DNA of 64,000 bases from Mobula hypostoma (taxonomy: Eukaryota), in contig NC_086101.1 of the NCBI RefSeq assembly GCF_963921235.1, positions 6,140,001 to 6,204,000 of the forward strand, read 5' to 3'. The notes under the pieces were generated by a model that saw only the letters and a list, made by a program, of their open reading frames with translations, was not told the origin of the DNA and did no database searches. The position numbers and the translations under genes were made by a program. Positions 52,923 through 64,000 of the stretch are shown here, piece after piece (within the stretch, counting starts at the first letter, position 1; every line of letters starts with the position of its first letter).

Positions 52923-53324
52923 CCTATATACTTCAACAGCTTCTTCAATCGGCAGGAAGCGGTGCTCTCGGTGTTCCCGCGTATCTCTACAGATCAGACA
53001 GAGCAGTTTCTTGTCGTTTTCACAAAACAGCTTCAGTTCTTCCTCGTGTTTCTCGCAGTGAGGTTTACTTTCCTTCCCTTTCGGATTCAGGTTTAGTTTT
53101 CGAGCTTTCTCAGACAGATTTGCTAAAGCCCGATTGGCCCTGAGGGTGCGGTCCGCAAACTCCTCTCTACATTCCGGGCAGGAGTTTCTCTCCCAACACC
53201 GTGTGATACAGGAGCGGCAGAAGTTGTGTCCACAGTCCAGTATAACCGGATCGGTGAAGAAATCCAGGCAGATGGGACAAATTACCTCGTCGGTCCAACT
53301 CTCGACCTGTGCTTTCGAAGCCAT
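52923..53324 (-). CDS. TRIM-C exon 1 (RING + B-box2); full gene predicted 468 aa, TRIM39/A33-like E3 ligase
   Basis: [36 protein letters not shown]...; donor AGG|GTAAAA. Exon lengths 402+96+234+23+119+533 = 1407 nt, in frame. Confidence 0.92.
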
Positions 53325-54349
53325 TTTAACTCCCGGTACTTCCTGGTTCGGGATCCTTTCGGGGAGCCGCTGAACGCCTGCAGTACCGCGATTGTCCTCT
53401 AGGGGCGCCGAAGTGTCGGGGAATGATCGTTCTGTTCCTACAAGTGTTCAAAGGGGCCATTTCCACAACAAGGTGGGATCAGGAGCACATTAAACAGGTG
53501 GGAACATAACTAACGCCTCAGCCATGGACAGTCCCATGCCCGGCTGCAAAAAGAGGGGCGTTGGGCATGGGTTTATCAACCCTGTCCTGTAAAACCCCAG
53601 TGTGACAGATACGTCAACCGAATCCCCAAAGGCCCTGGGATAGGAAGGACCTTCGCCTGGAAGATGATTGGTCTCCTGGTGTAAGGAGGAGCCAGAGGGC
53701 CGATCGGCGTTCGGCCCAGGACGGAGGCCTCTGGCGAGCTGCTGTTGGCAGCCTGTGCCCCAGCAGGCGTGATTGGCATAGGAAGATGCAGAACATAAGT
53801 GATGCCGGAGAGAAGAGCCTGGTTCAGTCTGAAGCAGGAAAGAAAGGGACAAGTTCTGAAAATAGAGACACTGGACACTGCAGATGCTGGAATCTCGAGC
53901 AAGAATCGAGATGCTGGAGGAACTGAGCGTGAGTTAACCCGAAATGTCGATTTTACATTTCCCTCCACAGATGCTGCCTATCCGCTGAGTTCCTCCAGCA
54001 GCTCGTTTAATTTTTATTGAGGTCTAAAGAGAGCCAGACTGGAGTTTAAAACCGTGGTTGAGTAAACATTTAAAGCAACTGTTAAATTAGTTCATGCCAT
54101 AAAACTGGGGGTGTGGAGAGAATATTCTGCTGTGAGGAGACAGATGCAGTTGTGATGATGACTTGTGGCTGCAGGAAAAAGCACATATACGTCACAGGGT
54201 AGAAAGTATTCGGTTTTTCAGTGAAGATCTGATTTCCACTGCCGTTCATATGAAGAGGCTTCCTCACTTCACTCTGTCCGTCCCGGCTCCAATGGCAGGT
54301 CCGGTCTCCCTCAATCTGGACACACCCAACAAGTTGATTTTTAAAAATC

Positions 54350-54870
54350 ATAACAAACTTTATTTAGCATAAAATATTCACAAATATAAACTGTGTAATG
54401 CCTTTAGCCAATGAATTTACATTCAGAGTCAATGTGGTACTTAGTGCTCCTTTACATTCATTGAAACCGATCGGATGGTTGCTGCTCATGTGACCCCCAG
54501 GGTGGTTCACTACGACAATAACAGAGAGACTTCCTCAGCCAACCCGGCCTCTCCCTGTCCAGTAGCAGAGGAACCCTGTCCCATCAATGCGTCCCTCAGC
54601 ACGTACTCTGCAGCATGGAAGGTGCCAGTCGTTCCACTCCTCTGCAGCAGGTGCTCCCATCCTCTCATATATCATGGGATCGGGGCGTTTTGTCTGCTGC
54701 TGCCTCCTAAACCCGTCACCTGCTTCTGGGTGACGGAAGCAGCACCGCAGAGGCTGAAGGCCAAGGGAGAAGGCGCCGCAAAGGTCGGGCATGGTCACCT
54801 GTGCCATCCAGTGACAGTGGAAGCAAAGGCTGCAAATCACGGAAAGCAAGGGAGGATGAAGTTCTTATGA
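54350..54870 (-). mobile_element. Possible Tx1/L1-like 3' end remnant
   Basis: Minus-strand AATAAA and A-rich tail near 54340-54370 preceded by degenerate coding-like sequence; family not firmly recognised. Confidence 0.35.
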
Positions 54871-54957
54871 TTGTCACTACTTCCCGGCTGGATTTTCCAT
54901 TCACAGGCTTTTTCGATACCAGGCCATGATATAACCACGCAGTATACTCTCCACCAC

Positions 54958-55268
54958 ACATAGAAACATAGAAACATAGAAAATAGGTGCAGGAGTGGCC
55001 ATTCGGCCCTTCGAGCCTGCACCGCCATTTATTACGATCATGGCTGATCATCCAGCTCAGAACCCCGCCCCAGCCTTCCCTCCATACTCCCTGACCCCCA
55101 TAGCCACAAGGGCCATATCTAACTCCCTCTTAAATATAGCCAATGAACTGGCTTCAACTGTTTCCTGTGGCAGAGAATTCCACAGATTCACCACTCTCTG
55201 TGTGAAGAAGTTTTTCCTAATCTTGGTGCTAAAAGGCTTCCCCTTTATCCTCAAACTGTGGCCCCTCG
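54958..55268 (-). mobile_element. CR1 3' fragment, same subfamily as 46381
   Basis: KNFFTQRVVNLWNSLPQ and the same (TTCTATGT)n tail. Confidence 0.9.
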
Positions 55269-56851
55269 TGGTCCATCTGAGGAAGTTTGAGGTTTTAGAT
55301 GTCTTGCGGAATCTTCACAAACTTTTGAGGAAGTAGAGTTACAGCCATGCTTTCATCGCAATCGCACTGGTGTCCCAGGCCCCGGACAGATGCTCTGAAA
55401 TGATAACACGGAGGAATTTCAGGTTGCCGACCCTCTCCACCTCTGATCTCCCGAGGAGGACTGGCTCATGAACCTCCTGAAGTCACTGATCAGCTCCTTG
55501 CTCTTGCTGACATTGAATGAGAGGTTGTTATTGTGACAAGGCTCAGCCAGATTTTCACCCTCCCTCCTGTATGCAGATTGGTCACCACCTTTAATGCGGC
55601 CAACAGCTGTGGTGTCGTCAACAAATGTAAACACGGCATTGGAGCTGTGCTGATCCTCACAGTCACAGGTATCCAAAGAGTAGAATGGAGGGGTGGGGAG
55701 ATAGGCACACCGCCTTTTGGTGACCTGTGCTGATGGAGACTGTGGAGGAGATGGTTGCTGCCAGTCTGAGATGACTGGGTGAAGGCTTGGATGCGGAGGG
55801 GAATCAGTGGAAATGGCATCAGCACAGTGAAGGGGAGTTTGTCAGGTGAGGGACTGAACTGCCTCCCCTTGATTCGATTCTCCATGTTCTTCGGAGCCGT
55901 GGATCGACTGAACTGAGGGAGCACAGAGGTGCTGGTGAATAAATAGAGGTGTAGATTAGGAGGGTGAAAATATGGGGAAGTATAAATAAATGGTCAGCAC
56001 AGAGATGATGGGCTGAAGGGACTGTTCCTGCTCCTATTGCTTTATGTTCTGTCCTGTAGTGAAATATAAACAACTGTCAGGCAAACAACTTTCTCAGTGA
56101 GATGGGGACTTCGATGCAACATGATATGGCGAGGTGTCGAGTACAATGGGATTACTGACACAGCTGCATGAAAACTTCCTGACTTCACCCCGTGCAGACC
56201 TGTTGTGCTGTCAGGTCCTGCTCTGCCGAATTAGATGCAGAGAGACAGACAATATGAACCGAGGCCCTTCGGCCCAACACGTCCCTGCAATCCGTGCTGT
56301 TTTCCTGAACACATCCCATTTACCGACATTTTGCCATCATTCCTCTAAATATTTCCTATCTAGCACTTATCGATGTTGTAATTTGGTGTCTTTAAAATGC
56401 TTTAATTAGACCCACCTCCACCCTTCCCTCTGGCAGCTCATTCCACAAACTCACCACACTTTCCCCTCACCTGAAACCTCTTTCCACGGGGTTTAGACTC
56501 CGTGACCCTTGGAAAAGGATTGTAACCATCCACCTTATCTGTGTATTTTGTAAACCTCAATAAGCTCAGCTCTCAGCCTCATTCGCTCCAGGGAAAACAG
56601 TCCAGGCTGATCCAGTTTCTCCTCATCACTTCAGGAGTAGTTCTGACAACACAAGACTGAAATATTTCTGCACCATTTCCAGCTTCATGTTATCCTTGCT
56701 ATCACCAGGTAACCAGAATTGTGTACAATACTCTGAGCCTTTTCACCAATCTCTTGTACAGTTGTACCATGTCATGACAACTCTTGCACTTAATACACTG
56801 ATTGATGAAGACAACGGTATCAAGCTCCTTCTTCACCACTTTGCCTCCCTA

Positions 56852-58561
56852 CAGTGGTGCTAGCAAGTCTGTGAACCCTGTAGAATTGTCTATATTTCTG
56901 CTTAAGTATGGGCTAAAGTGTGAGCAGATCTTCACAAAGTCCTAAAACGACATTAAGAGAACCCAATTAAATAAATAACACAAAAAATTATACTTGTTCA
57001 TTTATTTATTGAGAGAAATGATCCAATATTACATGTATTTGTTGGAAAAGGTACGCAAACCTTTGCTTTCAATAACTGGTGTGACTCCCTTGTACAGTAA
57101 TAACTTCAACCAAACATTTCTGCTAATTGTTGATCAGTCCTGCAAATCAGCTTGGAGGAATTTTAGGCCATTCCTCCTTGCAAAACTGCTCAATTCTGGA
57201 ATGTTTGTGGGCTTCCTGGCATGAACTGCTTGCTTCAGGTCCTTCCACAACATTTCCCTTGGATTAAGGTCAGGTCTTCGACTCAGCCATTCCAAAAATT
57301 ATCTTTCTTGTTAAACCATTCTGTTGTTGATTTAGTCTTCTCTTTTGGGTGATTGAATTCTTGCATTATCCAACTTCTATTAAGTTTCAGGTGACAGACT
57401 GAGACCCTGACATTCTCCTGTAAAATGTCTTGAATTCATTGTTCTCTTAATGATTGCAAGCTGAGTCATCAAAGTAGTCCCAAACCATGATGCTCCTTCC
57501 ACCATGCTTCACTGTTGGTATGAGGTTTTGGTGTTGCTGTGCAGTATCCTTTTCCCTCCAAACGTAGCAATGTGCTTTTCTCCCCAAAAGTGGTAAGTTT
57601 TTTACTCAGAGAGTGGTGAGTGCCTGGAATGGGCTGCCGGCAATGATGGTGGAGGCGGATACGCAAGGGTCTTTTAAGAGATAGGTACATGGAGCTTAGT
57701 AAAATAGAGGACTATGGGTAAACCTAGTAATTTCTAAGGTAGCGACATGTGCCGCACAACGCTGTGGGCCGAAGGGCCTGTATTGTGCTGTAGGATTTCT
57801 ATGATTCTATGTTTTGCCTCATCTGTACACAGAACATTGTCCCAGAAGCATTGTGGAACGTCCAGGTGGTCTTTGGCAGACTTCAGACATGCAGCAACTT
57901 CTTTTTCTGTGGACTTTCCTCTGTGGTGTCCTTCCATGAACACCAGGCTTGTTCAGTGTTTCTCTTATAGTGGACACATGAATAGAGTCTTCAGCAAGTT
58001 CCAGAGATTTCTGCAGGTCTTTTGCCAATACCGTACTGAGTTTCCTCCATTTCTAGACAATTTCTCTTACTGTGGACTGATGAACACTCAGGTCTTCAGA
58101 AATGCTTTTGTAGCCTTTTCCTGCTTCATGCATCTCTATATTTCTTCTTCTGAGGCCGTCTCAGAGTTGTTTTGATTGAGGCATGGTGAACATAAACAGA
58201 TCATTCTTGAGAAGAGCAGGCCCTGTCAGTAACCTGACTTTGTGTGTCTTTTTTATAGGGCAGGGCAATTCTACAACCCACAGCTCATCTCATTTCATTG
58301 AATGGAACAACTGACTCTGAATGGTTTTTGTCGAAGGCATTAGCCCAGAAGTTCACATACTTTTTCCAACAAATGCATGTAATGTTGGAACTTTTTTCTA
58401 AATAAATAAATGAACAAGTATCATGTTTTTGTGTTATTTATTTAATTGGGTTCAGTTTATCTAATTTTAGGACTTGCAGGAAAAAATGATCACATTTTAG
58501 GTCATATATATGCAGTAATAAAGACAATTCTGCACGGTTCACAAACTTTCTAGCAGCACTG
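56852..58561 (-). mobile_element. Tc1 transposon with both long TIRs, decayed transposase
   Basis: TA|CAGTGGTGCTAG...CTAGCAGCACTG|TA, ~200-bp inverted ends; VSTIRETLNK.GVHGR, FWDNVLCTDEAK and KHGGRSIMVW motifs; CR1 piece at ~57590-57812. Confidence 0.9.
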
Positions 58562-61099
58562 TACATCTTCACTCTGGCAATAAAATACTTGTTTCCATCA
58601 GTATCTGTGTTCTTCAACTCTCCCCAGGGCACTGCCATTCACTGGCTTAACTTCCCAAACTTGTCTGAGTTGAATTCCTTCTGTGGTTCCTTGTCCACTT
58701 TCCCAGTTGATCTAAACGTAATTCTGTTGTTACCATCTTCACTGCCCACCACACCTCCAATGTTGGTGTCATCTGCAAGTTTACTGATCAGCTCACCCAC
58801 ATTCTCATCCAGATCATTCGTTCTCTATGTATCAGAAGATAAAGGAAATAAGTTTATGTGATTGATTATTTGATAATTAGATGAACACGATTGCAGCAAG
58901 ACTTCTATTCAAATCCACCTCCACTTGCAGCTTTTCTTCATTTTCTCTGTGGAAAATGTTTCCTTTCAGCTCTTCTTAAATATTTTTCTGCTCTCACCTC
59001 ACATCCACAAAATTACTCACCATGGCACCAAACTCTCATGCAAATCATTAATATAAATGACAAATAATAGGGACCCAGTATCGATCCCCGTAGCACACCA
59101 CTTATCACAGGCCTCCACGTTATGTCTCTCCCGCTCGCTGGAAAATGGAGTCACCTCTTTCTTCCTTATTAGGGAGGGAGAGAGCCTGCAGAATGTTGAA
59201 TTACCGGCTGAACAATATAGTCTTGTGGGTCACTGCAGGTCTGTGTGTTTGCTATTGCCTTGATCACGCTTAAGTGCCGGTAGAGGGTGCGTTTTTTTGC
59301 CGGTGGGGGGAGGGGGGATTGTTGCTCACTGCCGCTTACGCGAGGGAGGGAGGGAGTTGGGGGGATTTGGGGTTCTAACATTGAACTCGTTCATTCTTGG
59401 GGCACTCATCTGTTTTCCTGGATGGTTACAAAGGAAAAGCATTTCAGGTTGTGTATTGCATACATTTCTCTGACATTAAATGTAACTTTGAACCTTTGAA
59501 CCATCTGCAAAGCAATCCTCCACTACCACCCTCTGCCTCCTACCACAAGCAAATGTTTCATCCAGTTAACACACAAAATGCTGACGGAGCTCAGCAGGCC
59601 AGGCAGCAGCTATCAAAAAATGTACAGTTGATGTTTCAGACCAAGAACCTTCTCTGGTCAGGTATCTACAGGTTGCTTGTGAAACCATTCCAGACCACAC
59701 TTCACAAAGTCTACCCTGTCCAATCGATCAGCACTTTGTCTGTCCCAGTCACTAGTCTCTGACCATTACAAACCTGATATTCCAACAGCATTCTCCCTAC
59801 ACATGGGCTCTTCTGATTCTCACTGACATTTGGCATCCTATAGTACAATCCCAGCAAAGTAACCATCTCCATATTTCTAACTCCTACCAATATACTCTCA
59901 CTGGCCGTTCCCCACAAGGATCTCTCTAAGTGCTGTGGTGATGTTCTCCCTAATCAACATCACAACTCCCCCTCCTCTCTGACCTCCACTTCTGTCACGT
60001 CCTTTGCATCTGTAGCACAGTGAGGTGGTTTTGATCTTCAATGGGACAGCAGGTGCGAGGGGCTGAACAGCCTCCTCTTGCTGCTATTTCTGATGTTCAG
60101 AGCAGTGAACAGACTGAACTGAGGGAGGATAGAAGGGGTCGGGGAATGAATAGAGGTGTAGAACAGGAGGGTGGTCCCAAGTAAACAGACACCTGGCAAG
60201 TGAGTGGCTTTAAAACTGAGTTTGTAAAGGTTCAGGATCAGCCTGTCCTTGTTAGAGTGAATGGCGAGACTGGAGGGATGAGGGAACCCTGGCTGACGAG
60301 GGTCATTGAGGCTCTGGTCAGGATGGAGATGTGTATCAGATTAAAGCACCTGGGGTCAGATGAATCCCTCAAGGAGTAAAAGGGATGCAGAAAAAAACTG
60401 AGAAGGGAAAAATATCAGGAGGCCAAAAGGGAGTGTGAGCTAGCTTTAGCAGGTAAGATGAAGGAGATTCTACAAATGATTCTACGAGTCTCTGAATCAG
60501 AGAGGGTAACGAGTGAGGTATAATGTCCCTTGAAGGATCAGTGTGGTCATCTATGTGTGGAGACACAGCAGATGGGTGAGGTCTGAAATAAATACTTCTC
60601 ATCTGTATTTACTGTGGAGAAGGTGATGGAAGCTGGGGAATTCAGGGAGGAGAATACGAATGTCCTGAAACATACCGACATTACAAGGGAGGCTGGCCAG
60701 CTTAAATACATAAAGCTGAATAAATCCCAGGGTCTGACCCAGTGCATTCTCTGTCATGGTGGGAATCCAGGGAAGAAATTGCTGTGTCCCTGTCTGTGAT
60801 ATTTCAAACACTGAACACAGAGCAGTACAGCACAGGAACAGGCCATTCTGGCCACGCTGTCTATGCTGACCATGATGTCACCACGTTTGCCTGCAAATCA
60901 TCCATTTCCTCCATTCCCTGTCTGTTCATTCCCCTGTTTAAATGTCTGTTCAACATCACGATCGTATCTGCTTCCACCACTCCCCATCCCGGCTGCGCAT
61001 TCCAGGAAGATACCACTCATTGTGTCCGAAAACATTCCTTGCACATCCCGGTTCAACTTTGACCCACTTACTTTAAAGCTTTACGTAGTGTCCATGGGG

Positions 61100-64000
61100 A
61101 GATGTTTGTTGTTAGTAACCAACAAGAAATGTCATATGCTGAGGCAGTAAAGAAAGTTGATAAAGAGCACAGGATAAGTAAAGAAAAGATTGGAAGGATG
61201 GGGGGTCAGCGCATTCCGTGTGCTCCAACTGTGGTTCCTTCAGACATGTTGTTGATGACTAAAGAGTCTTTTTCGGCGTTTGTTGTTGATGTACTGGTCG
61301 GGGCTAAAACTACAACCAAGAGGTCGGATATGATTAAAGTATTTGTTGGAGCTGCAGAGAGATTGCTTGATATGAAACAGGCTTTACCGGAAACATTACG
61401 TGAGTATATGACAGACAAATAATCACTGAATACTTCCCAGTTGTTGGGGTTAGAGAGTATGGAGGAGCTTTATGTGGATGAAGAGGCTGATAATTAGTAT
61501 CTGGGTGTTTTTAATATGACAATGGAATGCAAGAAGTTTAATTGCAAATGGTCAAGAATTAATAAGATTTGTTGTAACTTTTAAAGATAAGCCTGATTTG
61601 ATCTGTAAACAGGAGACATGGTTAAAGCCTCATTTGGATTTTGTGATCCCTGGATATGATAGTTTGAGAGCTGTCAGAATGGGTAAATCTGGTGGAGGGT
61701 GTGCAACTTTCATAAAAACAGGACTCCAGTTTAGAAGACTTGATTTTAAATCTAAACTTGAAATTGTGGCTGTGGAGGATTGGAGCTCTTGTGGTCAAAC
61801 AGCTTTGATTAACTTTTATAATCCACGTATTATGATGATGTTATCAGATTTTGATGGAACTATGAATAAGGTAAGATCCCCAGTAATCTGGGTTGGAGAT
61901 TTCAATGCCCATAATCCTCTATGGACTAGTAGTGAAAGTAACGATATTAATGGAGAGGTAGTAGAGGAGTTTAAAGATAAATACAACATGGTACTTCTAA
62001 ACGAAGGAAGGCCTACAAGATTGAATATTGTAAAGAATACTTGTAGTCACTTAGACTTATCAATCACTTCCTCAAACTTAGCCAGGGTTGGGGAATGGGA
62101 TGTTATGGACAGATACACACTAGGAAGTGATCACTATCCTATATTATGTAGATTTGGTAGAAATTTGGTCGCAGAAGTTGAGGAGAATGCTGCGACGTAT
62201 AATTATTCTTTTGCCCGTTGGGTCCCTGAGAAAGTTATGGATATCATTGAAGAGATTGATAGCGAGGGTTCCATAGACGATTGGAAAAATCCCTCTGTTC
62301 TATAATTCATAAAGTTGCTCAGTTGACTATTCCGCTACATAATGTTCCTAAGGCTCGAGCATTGGTTCCGTGGTGGAATAAAAATTGTGATATAGCAGTA
62401 AGAAACAGAAATAGAGCTTACAGGAAGTTAAGAAAGAACCCAGTGTTAGATAATGTTATCGAGTATAAAAAGGAAAGCAGTATCAAGGAGAGGAATTAAA
62501 AATGCAAAGAGGGATAGTTGGAGAAGATGCTATGGAACCCTGGGCCCTGAGACACCTATAAAGCAGCTATGGACGATCATTCACAGAATGTCAAGGCTTG
62601 TACTCGTTGGAATTTAGAAGATTGAGGGGGGATCTGATTGAAACGTATAAGATCCTAAAGGGATTGGACAGGCTAGATGCAGGAAGATTGTTCCCGATGT
62701 TGGGGAAGTCCAGAACGAGGGGTCACAATTTGAGGATAGAGGGGAAGCCTTTTAGGACCGAGATTAGGAAAAACTTCTTCACACAGAGAGTGGTGAATCT
62801 GTGGAATTCTCTGCCACAGGAAGCTGTTGAGGCCAGCTCATTGGCTATATTCAAGAGGGAGTTAGATATGGCCCTTGTGGCTACGGGGGTCAGGGGGTAT
62901 GGAGGGAAGGCTGGGGCAGGGTTCTGAGTTGGATGATCAGCCATGATCATAATAAATGGCGGTGCAGGCTCGAAGGGCCGAATGGCCTACTCCTGCACCT
63001 ATTTTCTATGTTTTCTATGCTTTTTCTATGATATATAGGAAACCATCTATCCCAGCTTTACTGGAAGCAGATATTGAAGCTGTAATCAATAAGCTGATAT
63101 GTTTGTAGAGGTGTTCCAAGCGTTACACAGTTCTGTAGAGTTAGGTGATTTGAGAAAGGAAACTATGTTAAAGGAAAGTTGGAAATTGGACAAGAGTTTG
63201 GATGATAATAGCTCCATAAATTTGTTTTTCTCCCTTCAGGAATTGCAGGAAGCTGTCCAATCAGGTTCAATCATTTCTCCTGGTAGGGATGGACTGTGTT
63301 ATGAATTGCTTAAGCATTAGGAGACTTGGTATTAATAGAAATGCTAGCTTTGTTTAATTCAGTGTGGAAGGAAGGAAAGTTACCAGTAGAATGGAAGCAT
63401 GTTGTGGTAGTTCCAGTTTTAAAACCAGGTAAGGACGCGTCGAGTCCTAACTCGTATCGGCCTATAGCTTTAACATCAGTGCTTTGTAAAAGTATGGAAT
63501 TAATGGTCACCAATGGACTTGTTTAGTTTTTTTAGGAAATAAGGGACATTTTGCTGCCTATCAAAATGGTATTAGAAATGAAAGATCAACAATGGAATCT
63601 GTTGCCCTTTTAGATCATGATATTAAAAAGCGTTTCAAAATAGAGAAGTAATGGTAAGAGTATTTCTAGATATTGAAAGAGCATATGACTCAGTATGGTA
63701 GGACGGTTTATTAATTAAACTCTATGATGTGGGAATTAGAGGTAGAATGTTTAATTGGATCAAAGATTTTCTAAAGGAAAGGACAATTCAAGTAAGAATA
63801 GGCGGAACAAGCTCCAAGTGAGTTAAGATAGGTAATGGTACCCCTCAAGGAAGTGTCATTAGTCCAGTTCTTTTTAATATCATGATAAATGATATCTTTG
63901 ATCAGGTAGGGACAGGATTTGGCAAATCGTTGTTTGCAGACGATGGTGCAATCTGGAAAATAGGAAGAAACGTCAAGTATATATTAAAGCAGGTATAAAA
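61100..64000 (+). mobile_element. I/Nimb-like LINE (ORF1 tail, endonuclease, RT), degenerate, runs off window
   Basis: SYAEAVKK; QETWL, GDFNAHNPLW, GSDHYPI; SPGRDG, KPGKD...SYRPIALTS, FLDIERAYD, GTPQGSVISP, LFADD. Confidence 0.85.
62596..63030 (+). mobile_element. Young CR1 3' fragment inside the I-like LINE
   Basis: YSLEFRRLRGDLIETYKILKG...; nearly identical to the 3' part of the 46381 element. Confidence 0.92.

Overview
Repeat-rich vertebrate genomic DNA, not prokaryotic. The repeat families and TRIM sequences suggest a cartilaginous fish, probably a ray (inference). The window holds part of a birth-and-death cluster of RING-B-box-coiled-coil-PRY/SPRY (TRIM39/A33-like) genes. TRIM-A: exon 1 on the minus strand at 3177-3587, rest off-window. 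TRIM-B: plus-strand pseudogene at about 16730-24431. TRIM-C: apparently intact six-exon minus-strand gene, 53324 to 40247, 468 aa. There are also two orphan PRY/SPRY exon remnants. TRIM-A and TRIM-B are an inverted duplication sharing an intronic ZMYM1-like hAT transposon. The remainder is layered mobile DNA: CR1, Rex1-like, L1 and I/Nimb-like LINEs, solo LTRs, a Gypsy pol fragment, hAT, Tc1 and Harbinger-like DNA transposons, a tRNA-derived SINE and minisatellites. The most unusual signal is a family of fold-back insertions with target-site duplications (TSDs) that carry minimal, dimer-type hammerhead ribozyme motifs of the Penelope-like kind. One with an intact core lies in sense orientation in intron 5 of TRIM-C, inside an ~850-nt hairpin. 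All coordinates were read by eye, and element boundaries without TSDs are approximate.
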